NCBI GenBank assembly: GCA_951406725.2
Contig: OX597820.1
Location: 24,738,001 to 24,802,000, forward strand
Length of the DNA stretch: 64,000 bases
Direction: 5' to 3'
Source: Octopus vulgaris
Lineage: Eukaryota
Position 1 is the first letter of the stretch; each line of letters opens with the position of its first letter. Under the pieces are notes generated by a model, which was not told the DNA's origin, did no database searches, and saw only the letters and a program-made list of their open reading frames with translations. Below are positions 1 to 13,859 of this stretch, piece after piece. Position numbers and translations under genes: made by a program.

Positions 1-721
1 TTGCTTTTCTCCTCTCGACCATATCCGGTGGCATATTAATGCTACCATCTTCTATTGGCTGCGGTTTTCTCTGCTCCCATTCATCTAAATTATCTATGTA
101 TATGTATGGATGTATGTATGCATGCATGCATGTGTATGTATATGTACGCATGTATGTATGTATCTACGTATGTATGTACGAATTACGGAATGTATAGGGC
201 ATATGTATATTTATGCATATATATGTATGTGTGTGTATGTATATATGTGTGTACGTCTATCAGCCTCTTTCATGCCGAATATTTTTTAACGGTATTTACA
301 TATGTCAATTATATATTGTGGCATTATTGCTCTAAACCTGATCTCTTTCAATTTACCAAGTCCTTTGCTAATCGTGTTGCCCACAAGGAATATTTTCGTT
401 ATGGACGTGAAATATTTATTTTTCTCATGTATGCATATATATATATAGAGAGAGAGAGAGAGGGAGAGAGAGAGAAAGAGATGGCTAGATATAGATATTC
501 ATACACACACACACACACACATACAGGATGGCAGGAAAGAAGAGAATAATTCATAAGATTTATAACCGTCCTTCAAACAGATTCAGTTTTAGGCGTGAAT
601 TGTACGATCCTATAAACATTTTCTAATCTGTTTTCTTCTGACATATTAGTAATTCAATTTCTGGCAGTGTGTGTATGCATTGGTGTGTTTCTAAGTGTCA
701 GGGAGAGTGATAGAGAGAGCA

Positions 722-806
<85 letters not shown>

Positions 807-2099
807 AAGAAAAAGAGAGAGAGAGAGGGATGGTGTCGGGAATGGGGAAACAGACAGATACAGAATGCGTATATGTGCGTGTTATATGTGTTTGTGATAG
901 TATGTGTTTTCGTGGATGCAATTTCATGAAGCATCATCAGTATGCATGTGTGTTTGTTTGGAGTGTGTTATGTTTGATGAGATCTCAACAAGCATGATAA
1001 ACAATATTAACAGCTGTCTGAAAGATGACAGTTTATGTAACGAGTGATTGAATCATACACGTTCAATGCTCAATCACGCTGTATACCGCGCAGTGTATTT
1101 TACAGAGCGATGCTTAAGATTTGATTCACATCGAATTCGACACCAGTGAATCAATCAATCATTATCAATTCATAATGATTTCGACAGAAGATGTAAATAT
1201 ATAACTGATATTTGTACGGGCTACGAGAGACTCTCTAAGTAGTGGCTGGACCTGTTTGAAATGGTGGTCAAATATAACACAAATTACTCTCTGTTGCACT
1301 GAAATGTGAAAATAAGTCTATGCATGTGTTTCTACGTGCAAAAATGTCAAAAAAGGACGGGATCCTGACCAGATGAACGTCAAGTGACGCTCATGGCAGC
1401 GTCCTTGCATGCTCTTTGAAGTATGAGAAGTGTTTCGTCCCCCGTTTTACCCCAGCAGAAAACAGAATTTTGCAGAAGCACGCTGTCCCTTCGTTTCAGC
1501 CATCGCAAAAATCGACGAACTGAGGAGAAGGACTGCAAAACAAAGCCGCACCCCACGGCAGTTCGACCCGTCAAATTATTTTATGTCTTAATACATACAT
1601 CTACATCCTTCAGCAAATGTTTTAAATTAATTAACATTCACAACAGCAACATTCTTTTGTACACACTTTGTTCAGCGATCGTTTAAAAGTTGTAAAACGA
1701 TAAATTGTTTTTGTATGAAAAATTGAATTATGCCTTCTGAATTTTGTTGAAGCTTGACTTTATTCACCGTCACATTCAATCCTGAATTTTATAACATTTA
1801 GTACATGTTCAAAATAAATGTTGACTTTCTGTACTTTATTACACTGGTGTTGCATAGTAATTTTTGATAAATTGGTGACTTTCCGACGCTGGTCTATTTA
1901 TTTAGGAAATATTCGCTTTAAAAAAATTTTATAGCGTAACTATGCTACAGAAAATATGTTTTGCACCTATATTGACTACATTTCGTTTTGCTTGAACTTC
2001 GTGTGCGTATGTTCTGCTGTCTTTAGTATTATCAATTCTATGAGTGTCTATTTGTCTGTGAGTGTGTATGTGTTTCAGCGTTCGTTACGTCTTAGTAAA

Positions 2100-4001
2100 C
2101 TATAATAAAAGACATTTTACACCATTTTATTGAGCCCACATCTAATGAAGTAGCTATCTTTATGGTAGGCGATCCCCATGAAAATCGTGATATTCTCATT
2201 CGTGCTCGAAATAACAACCTTAAACGTGTTTCAGAAACTCATCTCTCTGATGATGCTCTTCAGTATCCTCTTATTTTGTGGAATGGTCAAGATGGCTATC
2301 ATTTCAGTATTCTATAGATTGAACCTGTAACAGGAAAGCCAACTACAAACAAAAATTTGTTGTCAAATGACTTCTATTCTTATCAACTGATGTTAAAACC
2401 AGAACAATCAAATCAATCACACATGTATCGTGATCTATTTCAGCAAATCCTGGTTGATATGTATGCTTAAGTTGAGAGTGAGCGTCTCCTCTACATTCGT
2501 AACAATCAGAAAAAGTTAAGGGCTAAAAATTACGTTCATCTCTAAGATGCTTTGAGGATAGGTGGTGATATTCAGAACACGGGGCAACTTATAATCCTCC
2601 GATCATCATTCACAGGTGGTCCTCGATATATGAACGAACGAACACAAGATGCTATGACATATGTCAAGACAAGGAAAACCAGATCTTTTTGTCACTTTCA
2701 CCTGCAATCCTAAATGGGAGGAAATGAGATTTAACCTTCTTCTAGTGTTGGATCTTCTGGTATTGCAGCTATGTTCAAGATCTCTCTCTAAATCTTGCAA
2801 TGAAAGAATCTCAAATGTGCAGCATATCCTAAAACTCTGCAATGGAAACAGTTCTCAAAAAAACTTGTCCCATTGTTTGCGATGAGCGTACTGTCACATC
2901 GTTGAGTTCTAGAGGTACTTGACCGTACCCTCCAAGACATAGAAAACAATAACACGCTCATGGGAGGATTATCAGTTCTTGCAGATTTTCGTCAAACATT
3001 GCCAATTATCCGCAAAAGATCAAAAGCTGATGAGGTCAATGTATGCTTTAAAAAATGTACCTTTGGAAACGTGAAAAAACTTCATCTTACAAGCAGCATC
3101 AGATTACTTCTACAAGTTAATAATAGAAGCTTCTTAAAATTTGTAAGCGGATATTAACATTCAACTCATAACTTCAGCTACATGAAATTACAATCGGTCC
3201 AATGATACTTTCTCTTAGGGATCTTATGGATTAAGTATTTGTTTCCTAATTGATCTGTCAACTACACTGATGTTAACTAATGAAGTGGTTGATAAATTCA
3301 ATTATTAACTTCTTCAAAAGTTAACAGATACATCAGAAATCGTTTTTAGATCAATTGACAGCAGTTGATCAAGATCAGGTTCAATCCTCTGTTGAATTTC
3401 TGAACCCACTGGGATGCCACCGAATAACTTGACATTAAAACTGGGTGTTCCCATTATGTTGCTAAGGAATCTTGACCCATCACACCTGTGTAATGGAACT
3501 CGCTTAATTGTTACTTCCATGAGGCCCAATGGCCTACAGGCAGTAATTAAACAAAGGAGAAAATGTCTTCATTCCAACATTCCTCTCACACCTACAGATG
3601 CTTCATTTGAATTTAAGACACTTCAATTTCCAGTCAAGCTAAGTTTTGGTATTTCAATTAAGAAATCTCACTGTTAATCCCTCAAAGTAGTTGCACTTGA
3701 TCTCTCTACAACATGCTTGTTCCATAGCCAACTCTATGTTGCTTGCACGCGAGTTGGAAGCAGCAACAATTTATTCATTTCGACAACTACAAAAAAAAAC
3801 ACACAATGACTATTGTTTAATCTCAAGTGCTTTAAGATTGAAAGATGTTCAATTCTAAATTCTATTATCATAACAATTTGGATATTTTCAAATAAAATAT
3901 AGATATTTTGAAATAATTATGAGAATATATCTTTATATTTATTATTTACTAATCTGAATAAAACCAGCAGTAACCCGGGCAACGCCGGGTCATTCAGCAT
4001 G
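2100..4001 (+). mobile_element. Decayed, internally deleted autonomous-type Helitron (Rep + PIF1-like helicase remnants, 3' hairpin)
   Basis: Frameshifted fragments read DALQYPLILWNGQDGY, SSFTGGPRYMNERTQDAMTY, GKPDLFVTFTCNPKW (Rep motif 1), then LDRTLQDI..MGG..ADFRQTLPII, MPPNNLTLKLGVPIMLLRNLDPSHLCNGTRL, QFPVKLSF and HSQLYVACTRV (helicase motifs). A subterminal hairpin acccgggcaacgccgggt lies at 3973-3990, followed by a degenerate end (catg instead of ctag). The 5' boundary is uncertain. Confidence 0.9.
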
Positions 4002-4009
4002 TATATATA

Positions 4010-4680
4010 TAGGGTGAAATGGGTAAATTATCGCCATTTTATATTTTTTATTTTGTGCATGCGCATTGCTTGTTTCTGATTTTGCCGACTACACAGAATA
4101 GTAGGGTCAGTTGGGTACTGTCTGTGAGAAAAGCAGCAACATGACGCAATTCACTCTGCCAGAAATTTGTAAACGACATGCTGTACTGCTCGGCATTCGC
4201 GCCGGAATCTCCAATACGAACATTTCCGAGTGTTTGGGTGTCAATCTGAGGACATGTGCCAAGAGTGATAAAAATCAATCATCCAGTCAACATGGTGTTT
4301 GGAGTGATTACTAGTGATGGCGACGTTATGCCTCCATTCATCTTCCCACACGGCCTCAAACTCAATACGGAGACCTACACCAAGTGCCTGGAGGAGGTAG
4401 TGCTGCTGGAAGTGTCAATGTCTGGCAACAAGGCTCTGCGCCACGCCACAAAAGCAGGAGAACTTAGTCTTGGATGTCAGACAATTTCTGCGACCACATC
4501 ATTCCAAACATCTGGCCTCCTAACTGCCTATACTGCAAGTCACTTGATTATTATGTGTGGGTACCAACAAAACTCCTTGTGACACCAAAGACGAACTGAA
4601 GGCAACGATTATGGCAATACTCACCAACTTAAACAAGGAAACCGTCCAGGAGATACCAAATATATCTGTTAAAATGAAAT
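4010..4680 (+). mobile_element. Tc1/mariner-family transposon relic
   Basis: Starts after TA with agggtg..aaattatcgccatttt. Transposase fragments MVFGVITSDGDVMPPFIFPHGLKLNTETY and the TPCDTKDELKATI tail. Same family as the minus-strand copy at 13860-14480. Confidence 0.8.
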
Positions 4681-4734
4681 GTCAGCGTCGTTTTCCTTTT
4701 TGCATAATTTACACAACAGTTTATTCACCGCAAC

Positions 4735-5112
<378 letters not shown>

Positions 5113-5122
5113 CATACATACA

Positions 5123-5154
<32 letters not shown>

Positions 5155-5253
5155 GACGCACATATACAAACAGAAACATATATGGAGCACAGGTCCTTTG
5201 TTATTATTCTTGTTCATCATAGACAACGTATATGTGTGGGTAGGTATACGTTA

Positions 5254-5297
<44 letters not shown>

Positions 5298-5645
5298 TCT
5301 CACAATACAAACAAAATAGCCAGGAGTGAGGTAGTGAGTGAAGGGAGGAACATATATTGATGGCTGGTTAAATGCTTCGATCTATAATGCTGTAGACTGT
5401 TAAGCAGCGATTTATAAACTGTTCATCTTCAAAGGAATTTCAAAGTCTTTGAAAAAGAATATTAATAACCGAAAAACAGCCTAAATACATACCTAATCAG
5501 TAAGTACATTGTAGACGGTGTTTCCCACACATATATAGTTTCCTCAAATCATCCGTTATACGTGTCTGTGTGTACATGTGATGTGAGTGCGTATATATAT
5601 ACATATATGTATATATACATATACATATATATAAATGTATGTATG

Positions 5646-5689
<44 letters not shown>

Positions 5690-6399
5690 GATGTATATAT
5701 ATATATATGTATTAACGTATACATATATATGTATATATATATATATATATATTGTGCTTATATATACGTATATGTGTTTATACATACATATATATACAGA
5801 CTTGCGTGTGTTTTAGTGTAAGATATTTATATTGCACAGGATAATGTTTCTCCATATAGACATCCTGACCTGCAGCCTTACATACACAAACACATACACA
5901 CATACACACACACACAGGTATGTATACATATATACACATACATACATGCATACATACATAGATACATACATAGATACATACATATATACACCCGCACATC
6001 CGTTATAGCGTGTCTGTGTGTACATGTGATGTGAGTGCGTATATACAGGTGCATATATGAGCACATATAAATGCATTAGAATAAGAAAATTCTTGTCTAC
6101 ATTCGAATGTATGTTTTCTGCATTTATGCATCGGAGTTGTGTATGATTTAATCTATATATTTTTGCGCATGTCTGTGAATGTGTGTGTGTGTGTTTGTGT
6201 GCATGTGTGTGTGTTTGTGTGCATGTGTTTGTGTATATACATACTCATGTATCCGCCCATTGGCTAGAACTACTAGAAGATATGTACACTAGAGTGTTAC
6301 ATATACACATACAATCACACCTACACACATATAGACATGCATAGCTGTATATATGTATATGTATGAGTGGAGGTGACCGATTATACATATGTATGTATA

Positions 6400-6800
6400 C
6401 GAGGTTCGGCTGAAAAGTTCATAGGCCGACCAAGATATTCTTCTGGAATATGACCACATGAGCTTTATTTTTCAACGTAGAACCCTTGCAGCCCCCACAC
6501 GTCTTCCATCGATGATTCAGTGCTTAGATCCCATTGGCAAATAAGCTTTCATCCTGTTAGCCAAAATCTCATGATATGACGTCGTCATCACTGCGATACT
6601 GGTCTCCAGTAAAGTGGGGTTTTTTTCATGTTAAGGAACAGATGATAGTCAGATGGGGCAAAATCAAGGGAATATGGTCGGCGATCAAGCAGTTCAAAGC
6701 CAAATTCACAACTAGAAAACGAAGGGCTTGTCTGCTAGATCATTGTCCGGATGAAACAAAACCCCTTTCGTCAGTTCTTCTGGGCGTTTTTTCTTGATAC
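6400..6800 (-). mobile_element. Mariner-like transposon relic (3' end of transposase plus TIR)
   Basis: TIR-like ta|cgaggttcggctgaaaagttcatagg. The minus strand holds decayed HDN..P.SPD.AP.DYHLF-type sequence. Homologous to 43378-43830. Confidence 0.75.
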
Positions 6801-6936
6801 GCTTTCGTGTCTGCCTCCGCTGATTGGGATGTCTTTTGGGATTCCTTTTGTCGTTTGCATCCCCCGGCAAATGAAAGGACCTTGGCCTACTTTGGAGCAG
6901 GTGAGGAGGGATTTTCCCACTGCATGTATTGTCTCT

Positions 6937-7016
<80 letters not shown>

Positions 7017-7031
7017 AAGAAGAAGAAGAAG

Positions 7032-7518
7032 AAAAGGTCACAGAAAACGAGAAAGCAACCATATTATGTGATATGCCAATACACACAGATAGAGAAATTA
7101 AGGCCAATAGGCCAGATATAGTTGTCAGAGATCATGAAGAAAAAAATGCTTTCTAACTGATGTATCAATACCAGCAGATGACAACGTATCTCTAAAAGAA
7201 ATAGAGAAACTTTCAAAATACAAAGACCTGAAAATGGAGGTAACTCAAATGTGGAATCTAAAAACAGAAACAATTCCTATCATAGTGGGCGCATTAGGTA
7301 TGATAAAGAAATATTCAGACAAATACATAACAAAAACATCAGGACTTACAAATATATATAACATACAGAAAATTGCACTACTGGTCACTACACACATCCT
7401 ACGCAAAAAAAATTCAATACAGTAACCATAAGAGCATCACAGCAAACTACAACACATACCCAACGCACACGGAGCTGCGCTCGGTAGTGAAGTGAAACAC
7501 GTTATAAAAATAAAACTA

Positions 7519-7522
<4 letters not shown>
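7032..7522 (+). mobile_element. 3' end of an RLE-type non-LTR retrotransposon (R4/Dong-like) inserted in (TAA)n
   Basis: Reads ENEKATILCDMPIHTDREIKANRPDIVVRD..., LSKYKDLKMEVTQMWNLKTETIPIIVGALG, IQKIALLVTTHILRK (PD-(D/E)xK restriction-like endonuclease). Flanked by (TAA)n/(GAA)n on the left and (TAA)n on the right. Confidence 0.85.
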
Positions 7523-7596
<74 letters not shown>

Positions 7597-7649
7597 CATC
7601 GGCAAGAAATGGAAGCAAATTTGAAAGAAGAAGAAAACCCATAATAATA

Positions 7650-7855
7650 ATGGTTTCAAATTTTGGCACAAGACCAGCAATTATGGGGGAGGGTGCTTGT
7701 CGATTAAATGAACTTCCAGTGTACGACTGGTACTTAATTTATTGACCCCAAGATGAAAGTCGACGTCGGCGGAATTTGAACTCAAGACATGCAGACAGAC
7801 GAAATGCCGCTGAGCATTTTGCACGGCGTGCTTACGATTCGGTCATCTCACCGTT
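7650..7855 (-). mobile_element. SINE family B (ggcgagctggcagaa head), degenerate
   Basis: Reverse-complement similarity to the copy at 10199-10430. Confidence 0.7.
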
Positions 7856-7881
7856 TTAGAATAATAATACGGGTTTTACCA

Positions 7882-8143
7882 ATGATGATGATGCAGACAA
7901 CGATGATGATGATGCTGATGATGATGATGAAGACAACGATGATGATGATGAAAATAATAATAATATTAATAATAATAATAATAATAATGATGATAATATT
8001 AATAATAATAATAATAATAATGATGATAATATTAATAATAATAATAATAATAATGATGATAATAATAATAATAATAATAATAATATTAATAATAATAATA
8101 ATAATAATGATGATAATATTAATAATAATAATAATAATAATGA

Positions 8144-8210
<67 letters not shown>

Positions 8211-8215
8211 GAATG

Positions 8216-8247
<32 letters not shown>

Positions 8248-8298
8248 CCTTTCTATTATGGGCACGAGGCCTAGAATTTGGGAGAGTGGATAGTCAAC

Positions 8299-8358
<60 letters not shown>

Positions 8359-8390
8359 GTGGTGATGATGAAGATAATGATGGTAATGAT
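7882..8390. repeat. Compound (ATG)n/(TAA)n microsatellite
   Basis: Seen directly. Confidence 0.95.
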
Positions 8391-9046
8391 GAAGATATAC
8401 TTAAATAAATAAAATTATGCTGTCTGCATTAGTTTATGCAGATATCTAGAAGAACATTGAATGAATTAGATTCCCTGATCTTGTTACGTTTGAAGAGATA
8501 CCTATCTCATCATATAATTGCATAATGTGCACAAGTGAATAAGCCATTGATAAACTTCATATTTCTACACAATTATATGTACATATATATATATATATAT
8601 ATACATATTAAGAGGAAAGGGCGAAAAGGGTGAAGAGAAAGAGAAAGACAGACAGAGAAACAGGTGTATGTGTACGAGTCTCAGTGTCTATGACTGTGTC
8701 TATCTCTCCTCTCTTTCTCTCACTCTCTCTCTCTCTCCCATTTATAATCATTCTCTCTCAATCTGTGTGTGCGTTTGTGTGTCTCTGTCTCTGTGTACGT
8801 AACGTATAATTATTCAAAGCCATTTTCTTTTTCTTTTGAAAACATGGTTGAACAAACAAAGATGTGGTCTGACGAAAAGTTGCTTTTTGTTTTCCTTACA
8901 ACAAAAATGTTACTAGTAATCACGATAGATGATCTCGAAACCGTAAATTCATTTTACTCTACCTCTTTCTCTTTTCCCCGCACCATTTATGCATATAAAT
9001 GTTTGTAAATGTTTGTGTATATATATACATATATACATACATACAT

Positions 9047-9092
<46 letters not shown>

Positions 9093-9173
9093 ACATGTAC
9101 ACACACACACATATATATATAAATATATACATATATAAATATATATACATACATAAATATAAAAATATAAACG

Positions 9174-9209
<36 letters not shown>

Positions 9210-9281
9210 TGTATATATGTGTGTAAATATATATAGGTATAAATACATATATATGTGTATGTATGTATTTATGTATGTATG

Positions 9282-9312
<31 letters not shown>

Positions 9313-9825
9313 ACTATACACACTCTTACACAATGTCTGAATTGCCGAGTGAGTCGATGGAGTTAATGGAATAAAATACTTTAACATGTCAAAGTGTATT
9401 AAAAGCAACAGTAATTTTCCCATATTTTCTTTTTCTGATTTAATTAACTTCAGTTGCTCTTGGTGTTGTTGTTGTTGTTGTTGTTGTTGTTGCTGTTGAT
9501 GTTGTTGTTTGATTAAGTGTACGTGGCGCTACGGGGAAGTAGACATATTTTCCATCTTTCGCCTTTTGTTTTTGATAAATTATCGATAAATTTGATGTCG
9601 ATATGGGTATCAAGGTTACTATCTTAATTATTTGGAAATCTATTTGATACTTTCAGATCAAGTACACCGTCATCATCATCGTCTTCTATCTCCTCCTTCT
9701 TTTCATCATGATCATCGTCATCGTCCTCTTGAAGCATATATATATATACATACAAACCATACAAACATATATGTGCTTACATACATAGATACATTCATAC
9801 ATACATACATACATACATACATACA

Positions 9826-9901
<76 letters not shown>

Positions 9902-10148
9902 TAGGTAAATGAATTATCCTATGTTTATCGTCAGCATGGAAAATTCATTATCGCTTTGTTTACCATGTAGGCAATCATCGAAATTTTTGTTTGTCTTGTT
10001 GTCGAGAGAGGCTCCCTTTCTTTCCTGATGAGAAGATTGCATAATGCACCCTTTATTCCTATGGAATAAAAACATGCTGTCTTCGAAACATATGTCGAGA
10101 GTAAATGAATTTTGTTAACATCTTCGTTCGACTCCATTCTTTCATTTA

Positions 10149-10197
<49 letters not shown>

Positions 10198-10198
10198 A

Positions 10199-10426
10199 AA
10201 GGCGGCGAGCTGGCAGAAACGTTAGCACTCCGGGTGAAATGCGTAGCCGTATTTCGTCTGCCGTTACGTTCTGAGTTCAAGTTCCGTCGAGGTCGACTTT
10301 GCCTTTCATCCTTTCGGGGTCGATAAATATAAGTACCAGTTACGCACTGGGATCGATGTAATCGACTTAATCCGTTTGTCTGTCCTTGTTTGACCCTCTG
10401 TGTTTAGCCCCTTGTGGGTAGTAAAG

Positions 10427-10430
<4 letters not shown>
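10199..10430 (+). mobile_element. SINE family B, near full-length
   Basis: Head ggcggcgagctggcagaaacgttagca (A-box-like), gagttcaagttcc (B-box-like), conserved core gaggtcgactttgcctttcatcctttcggggtcgataaa. Inserted in (TA)n. Confidence 0.85.
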
Positions 10431-10462
<32 letters not shown>

Positions 10463-10469
<7 letters not shown>

Positions 10470-10775
10470 TAAATTAGAGATAAAACCACTATTAGGCAAA
10501 TCAAACAATGAAAAACTTAAGCCAATACATAAAATTAATTAATTTATATTATTTTAAATATACAAACGTATTAAAAGTTTAATAAAAGATAATGAGTAAA
10601 ACACTACGATCGTTTCATGGCTGTCCAATTCGTAATAATTCGAGTTATGGTTACAGTCAATCTTCAGGTAATTGAAATATTTATCTTAGCGAGGTTTACT
10701 ATAAAATTGGATTCAATCCTAAATCTGATTTTTCCCTGTAAGTTTGGATTTATTCCCTAATATTTTATTATTAAT
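10463..10775 (-). mobile_element. Non-coding hammerhead-bearing (Penelope pLTR-like) element next to (TA)n
   Basis: Contains the hammerhead at 10602-10670. Both ends match segments of 52738-52875, one directly and one inverted. Confidence 0.7.
10602..10670 (-). ncRNA. Minimal type I hammerhead ribozyme motif
   Basis: Minus strand: tac CTGAAGA ttgactgt...acagccat GAAA cgatcg TA gtg. Helix II is tgactgt/acagcca with one mismatch, helix III is replaced by palindromic cgatcg, and helix I is short. Confidence 0.65.
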
Positions 10776-10904
10776 TTATATAATTTAAGATGCAGAAATA
10801 GAAAGTGACTGTAACTTCGAAGTCTCGCTGGGCACGCCCTTTAAACGAGGAAATAGCGAAGTTACGGACATGATATGTATATATATATAAATATATATAT
10901 ATAT

Positions 10905-11090
10905 ACCATGCTGGGACATTACGCTGAAATACTTTAGACGCACGAATCCACCCAGTACTTATTTTTTTACGTCCGGTACTTGTTTATCAGTGTCTTTTGC
11001 CGAACCGAGAGGTTACGGAACGTAAATAAACCCAAAACCAGTCGTCATATGGTGATGGAGGACACACACATACACACACGTGCGCACACA
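10905..11090 (-). mobile_element. SINE family A fragment
   Basis: Degenerate match to the family A body (ttttgccgaacc...gttacgg.acgtaaa). Confidence 0.65.
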
Positions 11091-11108
11091 CAATCGCACA
11101 TACACACA

Positions 11109-11149
<41 letters not shown>

Positions 11150-11153
<4 letters not shown>

Positions 11154-12463
11154 ATAAATGGTGGGGTTGTGTTGACCGCACGTGGAGAAATGATAAGTAA
11201 GGAAAAATTTTTTTAAAAATGCAGAATGCTCAAATGAAAGAAAATTTTAATAAAATGAGAAGTTGATAAAATATATAAATATATATTTATTCAACCGGTT
11301 TTCGTCATTGTATGACTTGTCAAGAATATTTATGTTTTAAGAAGTTTTTTTAAAAATTAGAAAGGGGAAAAAAAGAAAAAGAAAATTGCATTGTTTTTTG
11401 TAAAAGAATAATGATAAAAATGTACAAAAATTAAAAAATAAGTTCTCCGATACATTGTGAGTTCGTTGTGTATCTTGAGTTTTATGGTTGTTTACGAAAA
11501 AATTTCCTTGAGGTGTTAAGATCCAAAGGGATTAAGAGCATGTGTTGTGTTGTGTTGTTAAATTCAGCATGTTTGCAGGACAGGAAGTAGTAGTAATTGT
11601 GGTCCTGGTTCTTCAGTTCCTGTGTTGTGAGTAAGGGGAGACAACTCTTTTGAGTTCTTCAATAAAACCCAAATTATAAAACTATCATTTTAGCTTCATT
11701 TGCATTATCTTTTTTATATAATTGCTTGTTAACTTAACTTTCAGATTTTAACACTTTATTTATATTATTTTCTAATAATATAAATCTGCATAGACAATTG
11801 CATTTCAAATTGTCATATCATTTATAATAAAAATGATAGTAATAACAACAATAGTAAAAATGATATTTAAAGAATATAAGTTTTAGCTTGAAGTGATGAA
11901 TGCATGGTATCTTTATATATTTGTGTTAGTCCATCCATGAAGAGTGAGGTAGAGAAAGGAAGTTTGATCAACGAGGAGTTTGCATATTAAGTTGTGTTTG
12001 GAATTTTTCAATAAAGAGATTCTCCTTGTTAATTCTCTCCTGTGTGGTGATCCCGTCTTTACATTGGTAGAAGGGGAATATATAGAATTTGGGGTTTAAG
12101 TCTTTAGCACATGAGTCTAAGTGGTCACTCAGTGGAATTTGTCGGTATTCCGGGAGATTTATTTGTTCTTTATGCACCGTTACTCGTTTACGTAACGGGA
12201 GACTCGTTTGTCCAACATAATTATGTTGGCAACCAGCGCATGTGAGAACGTAGATAAGGTTCTCGGAGGAACAGGAGAAGTTAGTCTTGATTTTAAACTT
12301 CGTACCTTGTTTGAAGGTAAATTCAGAGCCTTCAAGTAGAAAGGGGCAGGTTCCACAGTTTGAGCGTGCACATTTTTTTACTGTTGGGGGTGGATGTGGT
12401 GTGTGAAGTTTGGCATTTGTCAAGAGTTTTTTTAAAGATTTGTGTTGCATTTTGCATTTGAGG

Positions 12464-12466
<3 letters not shown>
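11150..12466 (-). mobile_element. 5'-truncated Penelope-like retroelement: uninterrupted GIY-YIG endonuclease C-terminus (12466-11968) plus 3' UTR/pLTR
   Basis: ORF reads KKCARSNCGTCPFL...FSCSSENLIYVLTCAGCQHNYVGQTSLPLRKRVTVHKEQ...ERINKENLFIEKFQTQLN (Zn-knuckle plus GIY-YIG of PLEs). (TA)n on both sides. A variant hammerhead-like motif lies at 11291-11325. Confidence 0.92.
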
Positions 12467-12536
<70 letters not shown>

Positions 12537-12539
12537 TAT

Positions 12540-12692
12540 ACAATGGGTTTCATTTAGTTTCTGTCTACCAAAACCACGTACGAGGCTTTGATCAACCTGA
12601 GGCTATAGCAGAAGACACTTGTTCAAGGTGTCACACAGTGGGACTGAAGCCGAAACTATGTGACTGAGAGGCAAGCTTCTTATCCCAGTCAC
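12540..12692 (-). mobile_element. SINE family A head fragment
   Basis: tttctgtctaccaaa...ggctatagcagaagacacttg...cagtgggactgaa matches family A. Confidence 0.75.
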
Positions 12693-12724
12693 TTCTATAT
12701 ATATATATATTCGTTAGAGAGTGG

Positions 12725-13085
12725 CGTTATTTTATCTACTCCGGAAGGATGAAAGATAAAGTCAACCTCGGCGAAATTTGAACACAGAACCTAAAAACGG
12801 ACGAAATGCCGCTAAACAGTTGGCCTGGTGTTCTAACAATTGTGCCAGCTCGCCGCTTTCGTTGCACTTATGAATTTCGTTTCTACTATAGGCACTGAAA
12901 TTTGGGATGAAGGGTCTAGTTGATGATCTCAGTAATTGACATGAACTGATTACATAGACCTCGGATGAATGACATGCAAAGACGATCTCGACGGAATTTG
13001 AGCTCAAAATGTAAACACGGACGAAATTCAGCTAAGCAATTTGCCTGGTGTACTAACGATTCTGTCACCTCGCTGCTTTCGCTGC
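12725..13085 (-). mobile_element. Two adjacent SINE family B fragments
   Basis: Repeated ctcg.cg.aatttga.c.ca.aa...acggacgaaat...ctaa.ca.tt.gcctggtg segments at about 12760-12860 and 12985-13080. Confidence 0.7.
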
Positions 13086-13471
13086 TCTTATAAATATAAT
13101 ATAAAATACATCGGTGTGTGATTTTATGCATATATAATCATTCGGATATATTTGTATTTCTGACTCAACGCCCAACTCACTTTAACTTCAAATACTTATA
13201 TTTCATATGTTGTCTACATTGTCTATCTCACTCTTTAACTATTGAAACTGAGCCAATTGCTTCACTTTTCTACTTAATATTTGAATATATATGCAGCATT
13301 GAAACTATGAAGATATATTTTTTTTTACTAGTTTCAATTGACTTTTATATCATTGTTGATTTTCTTTCTCTCTCGCTTTCATTTCTTTCTCACTCCAATA
13401 TTTTTCAATACAATATTTTTCGCAATATTTTTCAGCAGCTTGCTTTTACAGTATTCTTTAGCGTCGATACA

Positions 13472-13556
<85 letters not shown>

Positions 13557-13716
13557 CGAGTATAACTAGCCGAAACTGCTAAGATAATGTGGTACTCGAC
13601 TGAGGATAGAAAGTTCAGAATGACCCGTCCTTGTTTTTTCCTGTCCATTATTTGTATCACCTAACTGTCCGGATGTTTTGTTGTCTCCTGTTAGGTTCTT
13701 TTTCCATTTTTTGTTT

Positions 13717-13784
<68 letters not shown>

Positions 13785-13859
13785 ACACACACACACACAT
13801 ACACACACACACACACACACACGCACACACATACATGAAATATCACTAACATCTCATTT

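Noticed and set aside
5550-6045. ~47-nt direct duplication (5550-5596 and 5997-6045)
   Set aside because: It is embedded in microsatellite-derived sequence with no ribozyme or terminal motifs, most likely a slippage or local duplication.
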